A stretch of 64,000 nt of DNA from an uncultured Chloroflexia bacterium (lineage in GTDB: Bacteria; Chloroflexota; Limnocylindria; QHBO01). A program made the position numbers and the translations under genes. Shown piece by piece: positions 11,121 through 20,288 of the stretch. The notes under the pieces are model-generated. The model had not been told where the DNA came from and did no database searches. It worked only from the letters and a program-made list of their open reading frames with translations. The stretch is from NCBI GenBank assembly GCA_963827475.1, contig CAWHAZ010000005.1, positions 736,001-800,000 on the forward strand, written 5' to 3'. Positions within the stretch are counted from its first letter, which is position 1, and every line of letters starts with the position of its first letter.

Positions 11121-11693
11121 ATGACGGCAATCGGACTACCTCGGACCGCAGCCGAGCGGACTCTCGGGCTCCAATGGGTTCTCGCAGTCGTGATCGGCTG
11201 GGTCATCGGTTTCTTCGTGTGCGAATGGCTCGAAGAGTTCCTGTCCACAGCCTTCGTTGATGGGCTGGTCATTGGCACCGCCGTGGGCATCGCCCAGGGA
11301 CTCGTCCTTCGGAAGGGGATCGCTCCCGTCCTCCCTTGGGTGGCGCTTAGCATCGTGGGCTTCGCGATCGGGAAGCTCGTGAGCGATCTCGTCGGCCAGG
11401 CCATGCCGGAGCCGCTCGGAGTGGTCCTGGGAGGGGCCGTGATCGGTCTGTCGGCGGGAATGGCCCAGTGGCTGATCCTGAGGCGCCGATTCCCCCAGGC
11501 GGGGTGGTGGATCGGGGCCAATGTACTGGGCTGGGCCGCAGGCTGGAGCCTGATCACCGCTGCGGAGGGTTCCGATGTCTCCGTCGCGATGATCTATGCG
11601 CTAGGAGCAGCGGGCGCTGCGCTGGTCGGAATCGTCACAGGCATCGCCCTCATTGGCTTGGTACGCGAGCCGATTGCCACTCCCGAGCGGTGA
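11121..11693 (+). CDS. Multi-pass membrane protein (hypothetical)
   Basis: About 6 hydrophobic helices with repeated 'G.AQ.L.LR' motif. Confidence 0.75.
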   Translation: MTAIGLPRTAAERTLGLQWVLAVVIGWVIGFFVCEWLEEFLSTAFVDGLVIGTAVGIAQGLVLRKGIAPVLPWVALSIVGFAIGKLVSDLVGQAMPEPLGVVLGGAVIGLSAGMAQWLILRRRFPQAGWWIGANVLGWAAGWSLITAAEGSDVSVAMIYALGAAGAALVGIVTGIALIGLVREPIATPER

Positions 11694-11694
11694 T

Positions 11695-11741
11695 CGCCTC
11701 TCGGGGAGCCTAGGGAACCGAGGTAAGCGTCGGGAGCCGGC
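11695..11741 (+). repeat. Island repeat copy R2
   Basis: CGCCTCTCGGGGAGCCTAGGGAACCGAGGTAAGCGTCGGGAGCCGGC, starting 1 nt after the stop of the preceding gene. Confidence 0.85.
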
Positions 11742-11779
11742 TGTAATACCCATGTTCAGGCCACCCGGACACCCCTAGA

Positions 11780-13104
11780 GTGGCCGACGTGCCACACGAG
11801 GAAATCTCAATTCGGCATCGGTTGGGCACGTGGGTCCACCAGCACCAGCGGGCTGGCGGAATCGGCCTCACGCTGGCGGCCTTCGCCCTTCTCGGCATCG
11901 CGGTTCTCATTGGCTGGGCGATCGTGACTGGGTCGCCGCCGCCATCCGCAAGCGTCGGCCCTTTGAGCACTCCAGAACAACCGTCATCGGTCGAGCCAAC
12001 GCAAGCTGCGACAGCCACCCCGAGCCTATCCCTAAGCCCTGCCCCGGCCGCCGGATGGACGCCGGTCGTAATCCCTGGAATCGCCTACCTGAACAGCATC
12101 GCCGAGCACGATGGCCGGCTGCTCGCCGCCGGCTTCAGCGCGGGCGTCAGCGCCGGCGTCGGGTCCTTGGCCACCAGCGACGATGGCGTGACCTGGACAT
12201 CGGTGCTGGACCCCGGGTACCAGTTCTTCTCCGTGGCAGCTGGCGAGCCGGGCTTCATCTCCGTGGCAACGCGGTACGCGGTGCCGATGGGAATGCCGGA
12301 ACACGCGTACCTGTACTCCGATGACGGCCGTACGTGGCATGAGGCAGTTCCACCCGCGGAATGCTTCGCAGGGTCGATTGAGCCTTACGAGGGGGGGTTC
12401 ATCGGGCTCGGTGGAGAGTGCCGGGCCGAGGGAGATTTTCGGCCGAGCGCGCTCCATATGATCGGCTCGCCAGACGGCCGCTCTTGGACGTCGCAGATCA
12501 ACGACCAGATGCTCGCGGACTCGTGGGCCACCGATGGCCGCCGATTAGTGCTCTTCCAACACGACCGGAGTGGCCAGGCACCCCCCGAGATCTGGATCAG
12601 CGACGACGCGGCACAGAACTGGCGCAATGTGCCAGGTGCCCTTCCGGCCGGCGTTCACGTGGGCTGCTGTGAGTATGGGCACGGGCAGTTTCTAGCACCG
12701 GGAGGCTGGCTGAGGCGCGAAGGCGATCCAGATCCCGCGGTCTGCGTCTCCGCCGATGGGGAGCGTTGGAGTTGCGAGGTCATCCCACCGCTCAGCGGCG
12801 AACTGGCTGGCCGTGGCTATCTGGGGCGCGCAATCGCGGTCACGCCGACGGGTTATGCGTCGCTGGTGGAGTACACCAAGAATCCGTTCCCCCGTACGAC
12901 TTTTCGACTGACATGGTCAGCGCGAGCTCGCGGGACGGGCTCCACTGGAGTTTCGAATTGGTGCCGGAGCTCGCCAACAAGCTGCCGACCGGTCTCGTGT
13001 GGACCAGCTACGGCCTCTTTGCCTGGGGCGGGACCGTCCCGAACGTGCAGATCGGGGACCTTTCGGAACCGTACATCGACGTGCAGCGGGCTCCGCTGCC
13101 GTGA
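11780..13104 (+). CDS. Membrane-anchored extracellular BNR/Asp-box (beta-propeller-like) protein; frameshift near 12890
   Basis: N-terminal TM plus Pro/Ser/Thr linker; repeated S.DG..W motifs (SDDGVTW, SDDGRTW, SPDGRSW, SADGERW, SRDGLHW). Confidence 0.75.
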
Positions 13105-13220
13105 CCTTCGTTGCGCGGGCGAATGGGTCGAGCTTGACAGTGGCGCAAGGCCCATGGCAACCCCCGGGTCGCTCCATACCCCCATAACGTAGGTTCGCCC
13201 CGGCGGAGCTCCCGGCGGTT

Positions 13221-13268
13221 CGACCTCTCGGGGAGCTGCAGGAACCGAGGTGGGCGTCGGGAGCCGGC
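13221..13268 (+). repeat. Island repeat copy R3
   Basis: 48 nt, identical to R5. Confidence 0.92.
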
Positions 13269-13444
13269 TAATCCGGCGGTGCTGCGTCGCACCACATTTC
13301 CCACTAGGCGCAGTCTGATCGGGTTTCGGCCTGTCATAGTGACTGGGTCCGGCATCGACGAGATGCGTCGGCAACCCTTGGAATGGGGGGCGTGCATTCG
13401 TCGGATGGCGGCGATTCGAAGGGCTCAGGCGCTGGAGGAAGTCC

Positions 13445-14173
13445 ATGAAGCGCCTCTCCATAATCGTCGCGGTCGCCGCGATGGCAGCGTTGATCTCGGC
13501 TCCGGTCGCTGCCGCAAAGCCGTTCCAGAATGTCTTCATCTCGAATGCGGCCGCCCTTGTCGCTTCGATCGCCCCCAACGATGGCCGGAATACGCAGCTA
13601 CTCATCCTTGGCAGCGACTATCGTGAGGTTTCTGGCGGGGTAAATGGATCCGGCGGAAGCTTCGCCCAGAGCTTCGCCTTTGTGGATGGCATCCAGCGGT
13701 ATTGCGACGCTGCGTCCAACGACCTAATCACTCGCAACATCAATGGCTTGAATCTCGAGGTCGGAGCAGCTGGTGTCACAGTCCATCGACTCGGGAATTC
13801 TGGTCGGATCCAGGCCGTCTTGGCTGACGTTCTAGTCTCTGAATTCCATCTCCATTATCCGGAGCCTGGCTGCACCGGCCTCGACCCCGTGCTCACATTT
13901 GAGTTCGGGACGGCGACGATCACCCTCGACGTCACCTTCAGCTCAACGGCCCCGACCAGTCCAGCACCGCCACTCACGCTGACCCTTCCATACAAACCGG
14001 GTCTGGGGGTTGACGTCAGCATCAGCAGTCAATTGCAGGCGCCAGCTGTGCTATCCGGAACAGTTCACGCGACCGATCCAGATTGGGACATCGGTGACGT
14101 CAGCTCGGTCCCGGCGTCACAGTGCTTCATCGCAAAGAGCAGCAACCTCGCAATAACCGTGCGGACACCTTAG
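13445..14173 (+). CDS. Secreted hypothetical protein
   Basis: GGAGG RBS; signal peptide 'MKRLSIIVAVAAMAALISAPVAAA'; atypical codon usage. Confidence 0.75.
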   Translation: MKRLSIIVAVAAMAALISAPVAAAKPFQNVFISNAAALVASIAPNDGRNTQLLILGSDYREVSGGVNGSGGSFAQSFAFVDGIQRYCDAASNDLITRNINGLNLEVGAAGVTVHRLGNSGRIQAVLADVLVSEFHLHYPEPGCTGLDPVLTFEFGTATITLDVTFSSTAPTSPAPPLTLTLPYKPGLGVDVSISSQLQAPAVLSGTVHATDPDWDIGDVSSVPASQCFIAKSSNLAITVRTP

Positions 14174-14223
14174 CGGCGCTCCCAGAAACCTGAGACCGCG
14201 CCCAGACACCGATTGACGGTCTC

Positions 14224-14272
14224 CGACGGCTGAAACGAGCCAGTAGCCGAGGCGGGCGTCGGGAGCCGGCTA
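14224..14272 (+). repeat. Island repeat copy R4 (right half conserved)
   Basis: CGAC...CCGAGGCGGGCGTCGGGAGCCGGCTA; the final CTA is the stop of the minus-strand gene. Confidence 0.78.
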
Positions 14273-14612
14273 CGGCTCCGTTGGAGCGGCGTCTGTCATG
14301 CGACCCGCCGTGTCGTGGTCGCAGACTCGGCATTCGTAGACACCCTTGGACTTGCTCCACCATTGGCCGAACAGTACGGAGCCGCAGTTGGTGCAGACCG
14401 GCTGTGGACCGCTCCGCTGAGTGGCCGCAACGGTCCTTCCCAGCCCGACCACGAGAAGGACGCCCATCCCCGCCATCCACAACATGATCGGTAGGAGGAC
14501 TCCGATGTACCTCGCCGCCCGACCTCGGGTCGCTATAGATCTGGACAACCCAGAGACCCATCACGAGGGTCAGGATGCCGACGGCGGCCAGCCAACGGGC
14601 GAGAGTATTCAC
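14270..14612 (-). CDS. Small membrane protein with C-terminal zinc ribbon; probable frameshift near 14550
   Basis: TAGGCT-6nt-GTG start at 14612, two TM helices, CTNC...CRVC. Confidence 0.6.
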
Positions 14613-14672
14613 GGCGACAGCCTAATACGACATGGGGCGCGAATATGCGCCCCGGCTCATGCGGTCAGCCTG

Positions 14673-14720
14673 CGACCTCTCGGGGAGCTGCAGGAACCGA
14701 GGTGGGCGTCGGGAGCCGGC
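14673..14720 (+). repeat. Island repeat copy R5
   Basis: 48 nt, identical to R3. Confidence 0.92.
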
Positions 14721-14754
14721 CTAGCCCGATTGCGACAGGCCAAACACTTACGGG

Positions 14755-15114
14755 CTAGCTGATGTCCCAGATCACGGCGCCGACGAGCGGTCGCAAGACC
14801 GAGAAGCTGTACTGTGCCCCGATCGGCAGGTCCATGAATGCCGTCGCCTCGCGATTGAGCCTGCCCCAGTCGCTATCAGGGTCCCTTGCCGCCTCCTCCA
14901 TCGCGTCGAAGGTGGCCATCGAATCGAAGCGCCACAGCAGCCGGTATTCGCCGGCCTTCTTCTCGGAGCTGAAATACACGATATAGGTTCCGAGGTACTC
15001 GACCCCTGGAGGACTGACTTCCTTGGTGAGCCGGTCGGTCTCTTCGGTCCACTTTTGGAACGCCTCTTCTTGACCGCGCTTGACGTTGAACCCTTGCTCG
15101 ACGATCAGTGACAC
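14755..15114 (-). CDS. Hypothetical protein (possible dimeric alpha+beta barrel/NIPSNAP-like fold)
   Basis: GAAGGAG RBS; 'FNVKRGQEEAF..W', 'RFDSMATFDA'. Confidence 0.65.
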   Translation of the reverse strand: MSLIVEQGFNVKRGQEEAFQKWTEETDRLTKEVSPPGVEYLGTYIVYFSSEKKAGEYRLLWRFDSMATFDAMEEAARDPDSDWGRLNREATAFMDLPIGAQYSFSVLRPLVGAVIWDIS

Positions 15115-15179
15115 CTCAAGACTCCTTCAGGTGCGGGATTGCTGGTGGCGTCGATCTTAGGTCTGGGTACCATCCCGGG

Positions 15180-15419
15180 GTGTCAGGACTCACCATCGCA
15201 CCGCTTGGCTGGGCTCAGGGCGACGACGCCCGGTGGCATCGGATCTACGCCGTATCCGGCTTCCTGAAGAGCGGCGATCTGTGGGTCGCCAACTGCTCCT
15301 CCAGCGTCACGCCGTCCGAGTCCGCCCTCCTCGAGGAGGTCCCGACCGGTGGCGTCGGCCCGAGCTGCCGGGCGGCGGACAACGAGGTCGCGCTGGCGAT
15401 CGACCATCTGCTCCTGTGA
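15180..15419 (+). CDS. Small hypothetical protein
   Basis: TACCAT-6nt-GTG leaderless-type start, about 79 aa. Confidence 0.45.
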   Translation: MSGLTIAPLGWAQGDDARWHRIYAVSGFLKSGDLWVANCSSSVTPSESALLEEVPTGGVGPSCRAADNEVALAIDHLLL

Positions 15420-15427
15420 GGTAGGTA

Positions 15428-15712
15428 ATGGACTACATGGAGAGCATGCCCACCGAGATCCCACGGGACCGGGTGCTCGTCCACAACAACGTCAAGCCCA
15501 CCCGGCACCTGGGCGCTCGTGGGTTCCGGGCATGGTTCCAGGCATCGGTGGCCAGGTTGGAGCCGTGCCCTTGCGACTGGTCCGGCCTCAGGCACTACCG
15601 GGTCACGCCGCAGCGAGCCGTAGGGCCATCGGTACACTCCAACCGATGTCCCGGCCTCCCGCCTCCGAGCCGCGCTGCCTCCGCTGCGACATTGCCACTG
15701 ACCGTCCTGTAA
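15428..15712 (+). CDS. Small hypothetical protein with His/Cys motif
   Basis: GAGGT RBS; 'VLVHNNV...GFRAW...CPCDW...HYR'. Confidence 0.55.
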   Translation: MDYMESMPTEIPRDRVLVHNNVKPTRHLGARGFRAWFQASVARLEPCPCDWSGLRHYRVTPQRAVGPSVHSNRCPGLPPPSRAASAATLPLTVL

Positions 15713-15812
15713 CCCTTTCTGTAGCCCTTAGCGCGTGGTTTTGGGGGCTACGGATACTCGCCCCTGGACGGTTTGCACGCTCAAATCGAACCGCCCGAGC
15801 GTGGCTGCGCGA

Positions 15813-15861
15813 GAATGGGGTTCAAGAGGTCGCTGGTTCGAATCCAGTCGCCCCGACCATC
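15813..15861 (+). repeat. att-like duplicate of tRNA-Pro 3' half
   Basis: Identical to 10883-10931. Confidence 0.95.
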
Positions 15862-16000
15862 TTTGTGGCCAAGGGTAGGACCCTTCCCAAGGCGATCCTG
15901 CGGGTGTAGCGTTCAGACGGCGCATGCCCAGCGCCGAGGGCAGACAGGCTCGGTGGGGCGACCTTCACGTGTCCGAAGCCACCGCTGAATCGAGTTCCTC

Positions 16001-16282
16001 ATGCTTGGCCGAGTACGCTGCCCCGGTAGTCAGACCCCTCGGCACACGCGTGCCCGGGCCCTGGGGAGAAAGGGGAGGGACACGCCTCTCACGATTGTCA
16101 ATCGGACCAAGACGGTCCGATGGGTTGGCACGCGCCAGGCCCACGCCTATCCCATGGGCAAGGACTACATCGGCTCTCGGTCATTGTGTGGCCGGGAGGA
16201 GCTCATCGAGGGCCTCCGAGTGTCGATGGACAGTGGGAATCCCAGGTGCGCCGACTGCCAATGGCTACTCGCAAGAGTGTGA
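16001..16282 (+). CDS. Small zinc-finger-like protein, paralog 1 (start uncertain)
   Basis: 'VRWVGTRQAHAYP...SLCG...CADC'. Confidence 0.6.
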   Translation: MLGRVRCPGSQTPRHTRARALGRKGRDTPLTIVNRTKTVRWVGTRQAHAYPMGKDYIGSRSLCGREELIEGLRVSMDSGNPRCADCQWLLARV

Positions 16283-16480
16283 CTTGACCCCGAGGCCCGG
16301 AGCTTGCCCCTCCGGGCCTTGTGGTTTCCGGCCCCAGCGCCGCTGCTCGGTGGTGCGATCTTTACGTTTGCGAAGCCACGCCTGAATCGAGTTCCCCCAT
16401 GCTTCGCCGGGTACGCTGCCCGAACAGATCTGGCCCCTCGGCAGACGCGTACCTGCGCCGAGGGGTCTTTCCGACCCAAG

Positions 16481-16691
16481 GTGGACGAAACGCCTCTCAC
16501 GATTCTCCATCGGACCAGGACGGTCCGATGGGTTGGCACCCGCCAATCCCACGCCTATCCCATGATCAAGAACTACATCGGCTCCCGTTCGTTGTGTGGT
16601 CGGGCGGAGCTCATCGAGGGCCTCCGAGTGTCCATGGACAGTGGAAATCCCGAAGTGCCCCGAATGCGAATGGCTGCACGCAAGAAAGTGA
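16481..16691 (+). CDS. Small zinc-finger-like protein, paralog 2; +1 indel near 16650
   Basis: 'VRWVGTRQSHAYP...SLCG...NP' then 'KCPECEWLHARK*' in the next frame. Confidence 0.6.
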
Positions 16692-16701
16692 CGACGACCA
16701 G

Positions 16702-16908
16702 GTGAACCGAATCCGACTTCTCCGCCGCTCCCGGGTCCGCTGGCTTGGCGTCCGCCAGGCCCACGCCTATCCCATGACCAGGGATCTCATTGACTCCAAG
16801 TCGCTGTGCGGCGCAGAAGAGCTCCTGCTCGGGGTTCGCGCCTCACGGGATAGTCGCTATCCCAAGTGCCCCCAGTGCGAGTGGCTGGACGGCCAGAGCG
16901 CCGCGTAA
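16702..16908 (+). CDS. Small zinc-finger-like protein, paralog 3
   Basis: 'VRWLGVRQAHAYP...SLCG...CPQC'. Confidence 0.65.
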   Translation: MNRIRLLRRSRVRWLGVRQAHAYPMTRDLIDSKSLCGAEELLLGVRASRDSRYPKCPQCEWLDGQSAA

Positions 16909-16969
16909 CCCCCACGAGCGCCCACCTGCACGCTGACATCGGGGTCCCGAGCGTGGTCTAGACTGACGC

Positions 16970-17005
16970 GGTTCAGGAGGTCGCTGGCTCGAACCAGTCG
17001 TGACC
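16970..17005 (+). repeat. Degenerate second copy of tRNA-Pro 3' end (older att scar)
   Basis: GGTTCAGGAGGTCGCTGGCTCGAA-CCAGTCG vs tRNA GGTTCAAGAGGTCGCTGGTTCGAATCCAGTCG (2 mismatches, 1 gap). Confidence 0.75.
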
Positions 17006-17019
17006 GTCCGACGGGGGCC

Positions 17020-17397
17020 GTGAGGAGGTATGGCATGGGATTTCTCGTCGCCGTCCTGGTCAACACGGCAGCCCTGTGGGTGGCCGTGTATCTGCTCCCC
17101 GGGCTCGAGTTCCAGGGCGAGTGGTACCAGTGGCTCATCCTCGGCCTGATCTTCGGGGTGGTGAACGCCATCGTGAAGCCGATCCTGAAGCTCCTCACCT
17201 TCCCGATCACGATGGTCACCCTCGGGCTGTTCCTGCTCGTCCTCAACGCGCTGATGCTGTACCTCACCAGCGCCCTGGCCGGACCGATCCTGTCGGCGTT
17301 CACGATCAGCAGCTTCGTGGACGCGCTCCTGGGCGCGATCATCATCGCGGTGGTCGGGATGGTCCTCCACGCCGGCGCGCGGCGGATGGGCGTCTAG
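17020..17397 (+). CDS. 4-TM 'phage holin family'/YvlD-like membrane protein
   Basis: 'GVVNAIVKPILKLLTFPI...TLGLF.LVLNALML'. Confidence 0.88.
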   Translation: MRRYGMGFLVAVLVNTAALWVAVYLLPGLEFQGEWYQWLILGLIFGVVNAIVKPILKLLTFPITMVTLGLFLLVLNALMLYLTSALAGPILSAFTISSFVDALLGAIIIAVVGMVLHAGARRMGV

Positions 17398-17439
17398 CCG
17401 CCCGTTCGCGGCCGCTCTGCCCGTCCCGCGACTCCACGC

Positions 17440-18096
17440 GTGCGCACGCCGCCCCGGGTCGCCTGGCTCTTCGCGCTGTGGGTCGGCGTCCTGACCCTGC
17501 TCACCGGTCCGCTGCTGCTGATCAACCCGCTGTTCATCGGCTGGCTGCAGGACCGCCATGACGTGGCCGACGGGCTGCACCTGCCCCAGGACGAGCTCGA
17601 CCGAATCAACGGCGAGATCGTGTGGGACATCTTCTCCGGCGGCGACTTCGACGTGACGTTCGACAACGGCGACCCGGTCCTCGACGCCGATGAGCGATCG
17701 CACATGGGCGATGTCAGCCGCCTGGTCCGCATCCTCGTCATCCTCGATGCGGTGGCCATCGCCTTCGCCGCCTGGGGCGGGAGGCTGCTGCGGACCGATC
17801 CCCACCGCCTGGGACGAATGCTCATCGCGGGCGCGGGCACGGTCGGCGTGGCGACGGTGGTGATCGGCGTCCTCGCGGTCGTGGCGTGGGACAGCGTCTT
17901 CACCCTGTTCCACGAGCTGCTGTTCCCGCCCGGGACGTGGTCGTTCCCGCCGGACTCGACGATGATCCTGCTCTATCCGCCTGACTTCTGGTTCGAGGCG
18001 GCCATGATCGCCGCGGTCCTGGTCCTCGCCACGTCGGCGACGCTTTCGTACGGCGGATGGCTGCGCCTGCGCGAGGCGGACGAGGCGGCCGCGTGA
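17440..18096 (+). CDS. DUF1461 (TIGR01906-like) membrane protein
   Basis: 'ERSHMGDV', 'FTLFHELLF...W.F...MI.LYP..FW'. Confidence 0.82.
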   Translation: MRTPPRVAWLFALWVGVLTLLTGPLLLINPLFIGWLQDRHDVADGLHLPQDELDRINGEIVWDIFSGGDFDVTFDNGDPVLDADERSHMGDVSRLVRILVILDAVAIAFAAWGGRLLRTDPHRLGRMLIAGAGTVGVATVVIGVLAVVAWDSVFTLFHELLFPPGTWSFPPDSTMILLYPPDFWFEAAMIAAVLVLATSATLSYGGWLRLREADEAAA

Positions 18097-19299
18097 TCAC
18101 TGTCGAGGAGGCGCGCGAGCGCCTGCTGGCCATCAGGCCGGCGACACGAACCGAACTCGTTTCCCTGACCGATGTGGTGGGCCGCGTCCTGGCCCAGCCT
18201 GCGATCGTGGCCCCGATCGACGTGCCCCCGTTCGCGAACTCGGCGATGGACGGATACGCGGTCCGAGCGGCGGATCTCCCCGGACGGCTGCGAATCACCG
18301 GTGAGGTGGCCGCCGGCGCCGGTCAGCTGCCGGACGTCGAGGCCGGGACCGCGGTCCGAATCTCCACCGGCGCGCCGATGCCACCGGGCGCCGACGCGGT
18401 GGTGCCGATCGAGCAGGCAACCGACACCGGTGAAGACATTGAGGTCACCGAGCCCGTCGCCGTCGGTAACCACGTTCGCGCGGCGGGCCACGATACGCGG
18501 AAGGGTGACGAGATCGGTATCTCGTCCCCACTGTCGCCCGCCGGCATTGGCGTCCTCGCGTCCCTTGGCCTGTCGGACGTGACGGTGCGTGCTCGGCCGC
18601 GGGTGGCGATCCTCTCCAGCGGGGAGGAGCTGACGGCTCCCGGGGCACCGCTGGCGGAGGGCCACATCTACGACGCGAATGACCCGGCCCTGCAGGCCGC
18701 GGTCACCGAGATGGGCGGAGAACCGGTCGCGCTCCCGCGAGTCGGCGACGACCTTTCGGCGGTCGAGGCCGCCCTTCGCGACGCGAGCCACGGGGCGGAC
18801 CTGGTGGTGACCTCCGGCGGGGTCAGCGTCGGGGCCCACGACCACATCCGCGACGCCATCGAGCGCCTCGGCCAGCTCGACTTCTGGCGCATCGCCATGC
18901 AGCCGGGCAAGCCGCTGGCGGTCGGTCGCATCGGCGAGACCACCGTCATCGGTCTACCGGGCAATCCGGTCAGTGCCCTGGTCGTGGCCGAGCTGCTGGT
19001 CCGGCCCCTGGTCCGGGCCGTCCTCGGTCTTGCCGGGGATGGGCGCCGGCACGTCCACGCGACCCTCGACCAGGACATGCGCAAGGATCCCGAGCGCGCG
19101 GCATATCTGCGGGTGGTCGTGCGCCAGACCGATGCCGGCTGGGCCGCGAGCCCAGCCGGGGGCCAGCTCTCGTCGCAGCTCCGCTCGCTGGCCGCGGCCA
19201 CGGGGCTGCTCGTCGTCCCGGTTGGGGAGCCCGCTGGACGAGCGGGGCACGCCTACGACACGATCCTCGCTGTCCGATCCCGATCCGGTGGAAGGCTGA
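18093..19299 (+). CDS. moeA: Molybdopterin molybdenumtransferase MoeA
   Basis: 'PPFANSAMDGYAV', 'STGAPMPPGADAVV', 'SGGVSVG', 'PGKPL', 'LPGNPVS'; probable true stop 19299 via a late indel. Confidence 0.92.
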
Positions 19300-19304
19300 C
19301 GTCG

Positions 19305-19784
19305 ATGAAACCGACCCATCTCGACGACGAGGGCGCGCCACGCATGGTCGACGTCAGCGCCAAGCCGATCACCGATCGACGCGCGGTGGCGGAGGCGACT
19401 GTCCGGATGCGCCCCGAGGTGCTGGCCACGCTCCTGGACGCCGCCGGCCCGAAGGGTGACGCCCTGGTCGTGGCACGGCTGGCGGGCGTGGCGGCCGCGA
19501 AGCGCACGGCCGAGCTCATCCCCCTCGCCCACCCGCTTCCCCTCGACGTGGTCGAGGTCGAGCCCACCGCGGATCGCGAGGCGGGGACGCTGACCCTGCG
19601 CGCCGAGGTCCTGGCGACGGCACGAACCGGAGTCGAGATGGAAGCGCTGACCGCCGCCGCCATCGCGGCGCTCACGATCTACGACATGGCCAAGGCGCTT
19701 CAGCGCGACATCGTCGTCGAGCGGGTCCGCCTCCTGGAGAAGTCGGGCGGTCGCAGCGGCGACTTCCGCGCCGAGGACGCCTGA
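19305..19784 (+). CDS. moaC: Cyclic pyranopterin monophosphate synthase MoaC
   Basis: 'THLD..G..RMVDVSAK', 'LIPLAHP', 'TGVEMEAL', 'YDMAK', 'KSGGRSG'. Confidence 0.95.
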   Translation: MKPTHLDDEGAPRMVDVSAKPITDRRAVAEATVRMRPEVLATLLDAAGPKGDALVVARLAGVAAAKRTAELIPLAHPLPLDVVEVEPTADREAGTLTLRAEVLATARTGVEMEALTAAAIAALTIYDMAKALQRDIVVERVRLLEKSGGRSGDFRAEDA

Positions 19785-19787
19785 CCG

Positions 19788-20288
19788 ATGACGCGCCCGC
19801 GGCTGATGCCCGAGGCAGTGGTCGTGGTCGTCTCGACCCGCGCGGCCGCCGGCACCCGCGCGGACACAGTCGGCCCGGCCCTGGTGGACGAGCTCAAGGC
19901 CGCCGGGTGGGACGTCGCCCTCGACCCGATCGTCGTCCCCGACGACGAACCACAGCTGGTGGAGCTCCTCGAGCAGCTATCCGATGACGGGCATCGTCTG
20001 GTCGTGACCACCGGCGGCACGGGACTGACGCCGACCGATCGGACGCCGGAGGCCACCTCGTGGGTGGCCGATCGGCTCGTCCCGGGTCTCGCGGAGCTCA
20101 TGCGAGCGGAAGGCGTCGCTTCGACGCCGCTCGCCGCGCTATCCCGCGGCGTGGTCGGCACTCGGGGCGCGACGCTCATCGTCAACCTGCCCGGTTCGCC
20201 CGATGGGGCCCTCGAGTCGCTTCACGCCGTCATGCCCGTCCTGCGCCACGCGGTGGATCAGCTGGCCGGCGGAGACCACCATGGCTGA
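19788..20288 (+). CDS. mog: MogA/MoaB molybdopterin adenylyltransferase
   Basis: 'TTGGTG.TPTD.TPEA', 'SRG', 'NLPGSP'. Confidence 0.9.
   Translation: MTRPRLMPEAVVVVVSTRAAAGTRADTVGPALVDELKAAGWDVALDPIVVPDDEPQLVELLEQLSDDGHRLVVTTGGTGLTPTDRTPEATSWVADRLVPGLAELMRAEGVASTPLAALSRGVVGTRGATLIVNLPGSPDGALESLHAVMPVLRHAVDQLAGGDHHG

Noticed and set aside
11012-14720. Repeats as a CRISPR array or classical integron attC sites
   Set aside because: Spacers are 0.4-1.5 kb whole genes, no cas or intI gene is present, and the repeats lack RYYYAAC/GTTRRRY ends.
15813-15861. Second tRNA-Pro gene
   Set aside because: Only the 3' half is present, with no 5' acceptor strand or D-arm; it is an att-type duplicate.
15974-16030. 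c-di-AMP (ydaO) riboswitch suggested by GCTGAATC
   Set aside because: Only the short motif matches; the downstream conserved elements were not found and the upstream context differs in the second copy.
17020-17397. Holin as evidence of a prophage
   Set aside because: This 4-TM family is a common chromosomal membrane protein; no endolysin, capsid, terminase or integrase nearby.
18057-19784. Apparent MoeA-MoaC fusion ORF (575 aa)
   Set aside because: An alternative frame gives a natural MoeA end (LSDPDPVEG*, stop 19299) 5 nt before the MoaC ATG; given the indel rate, the fusion is probably an artefact.
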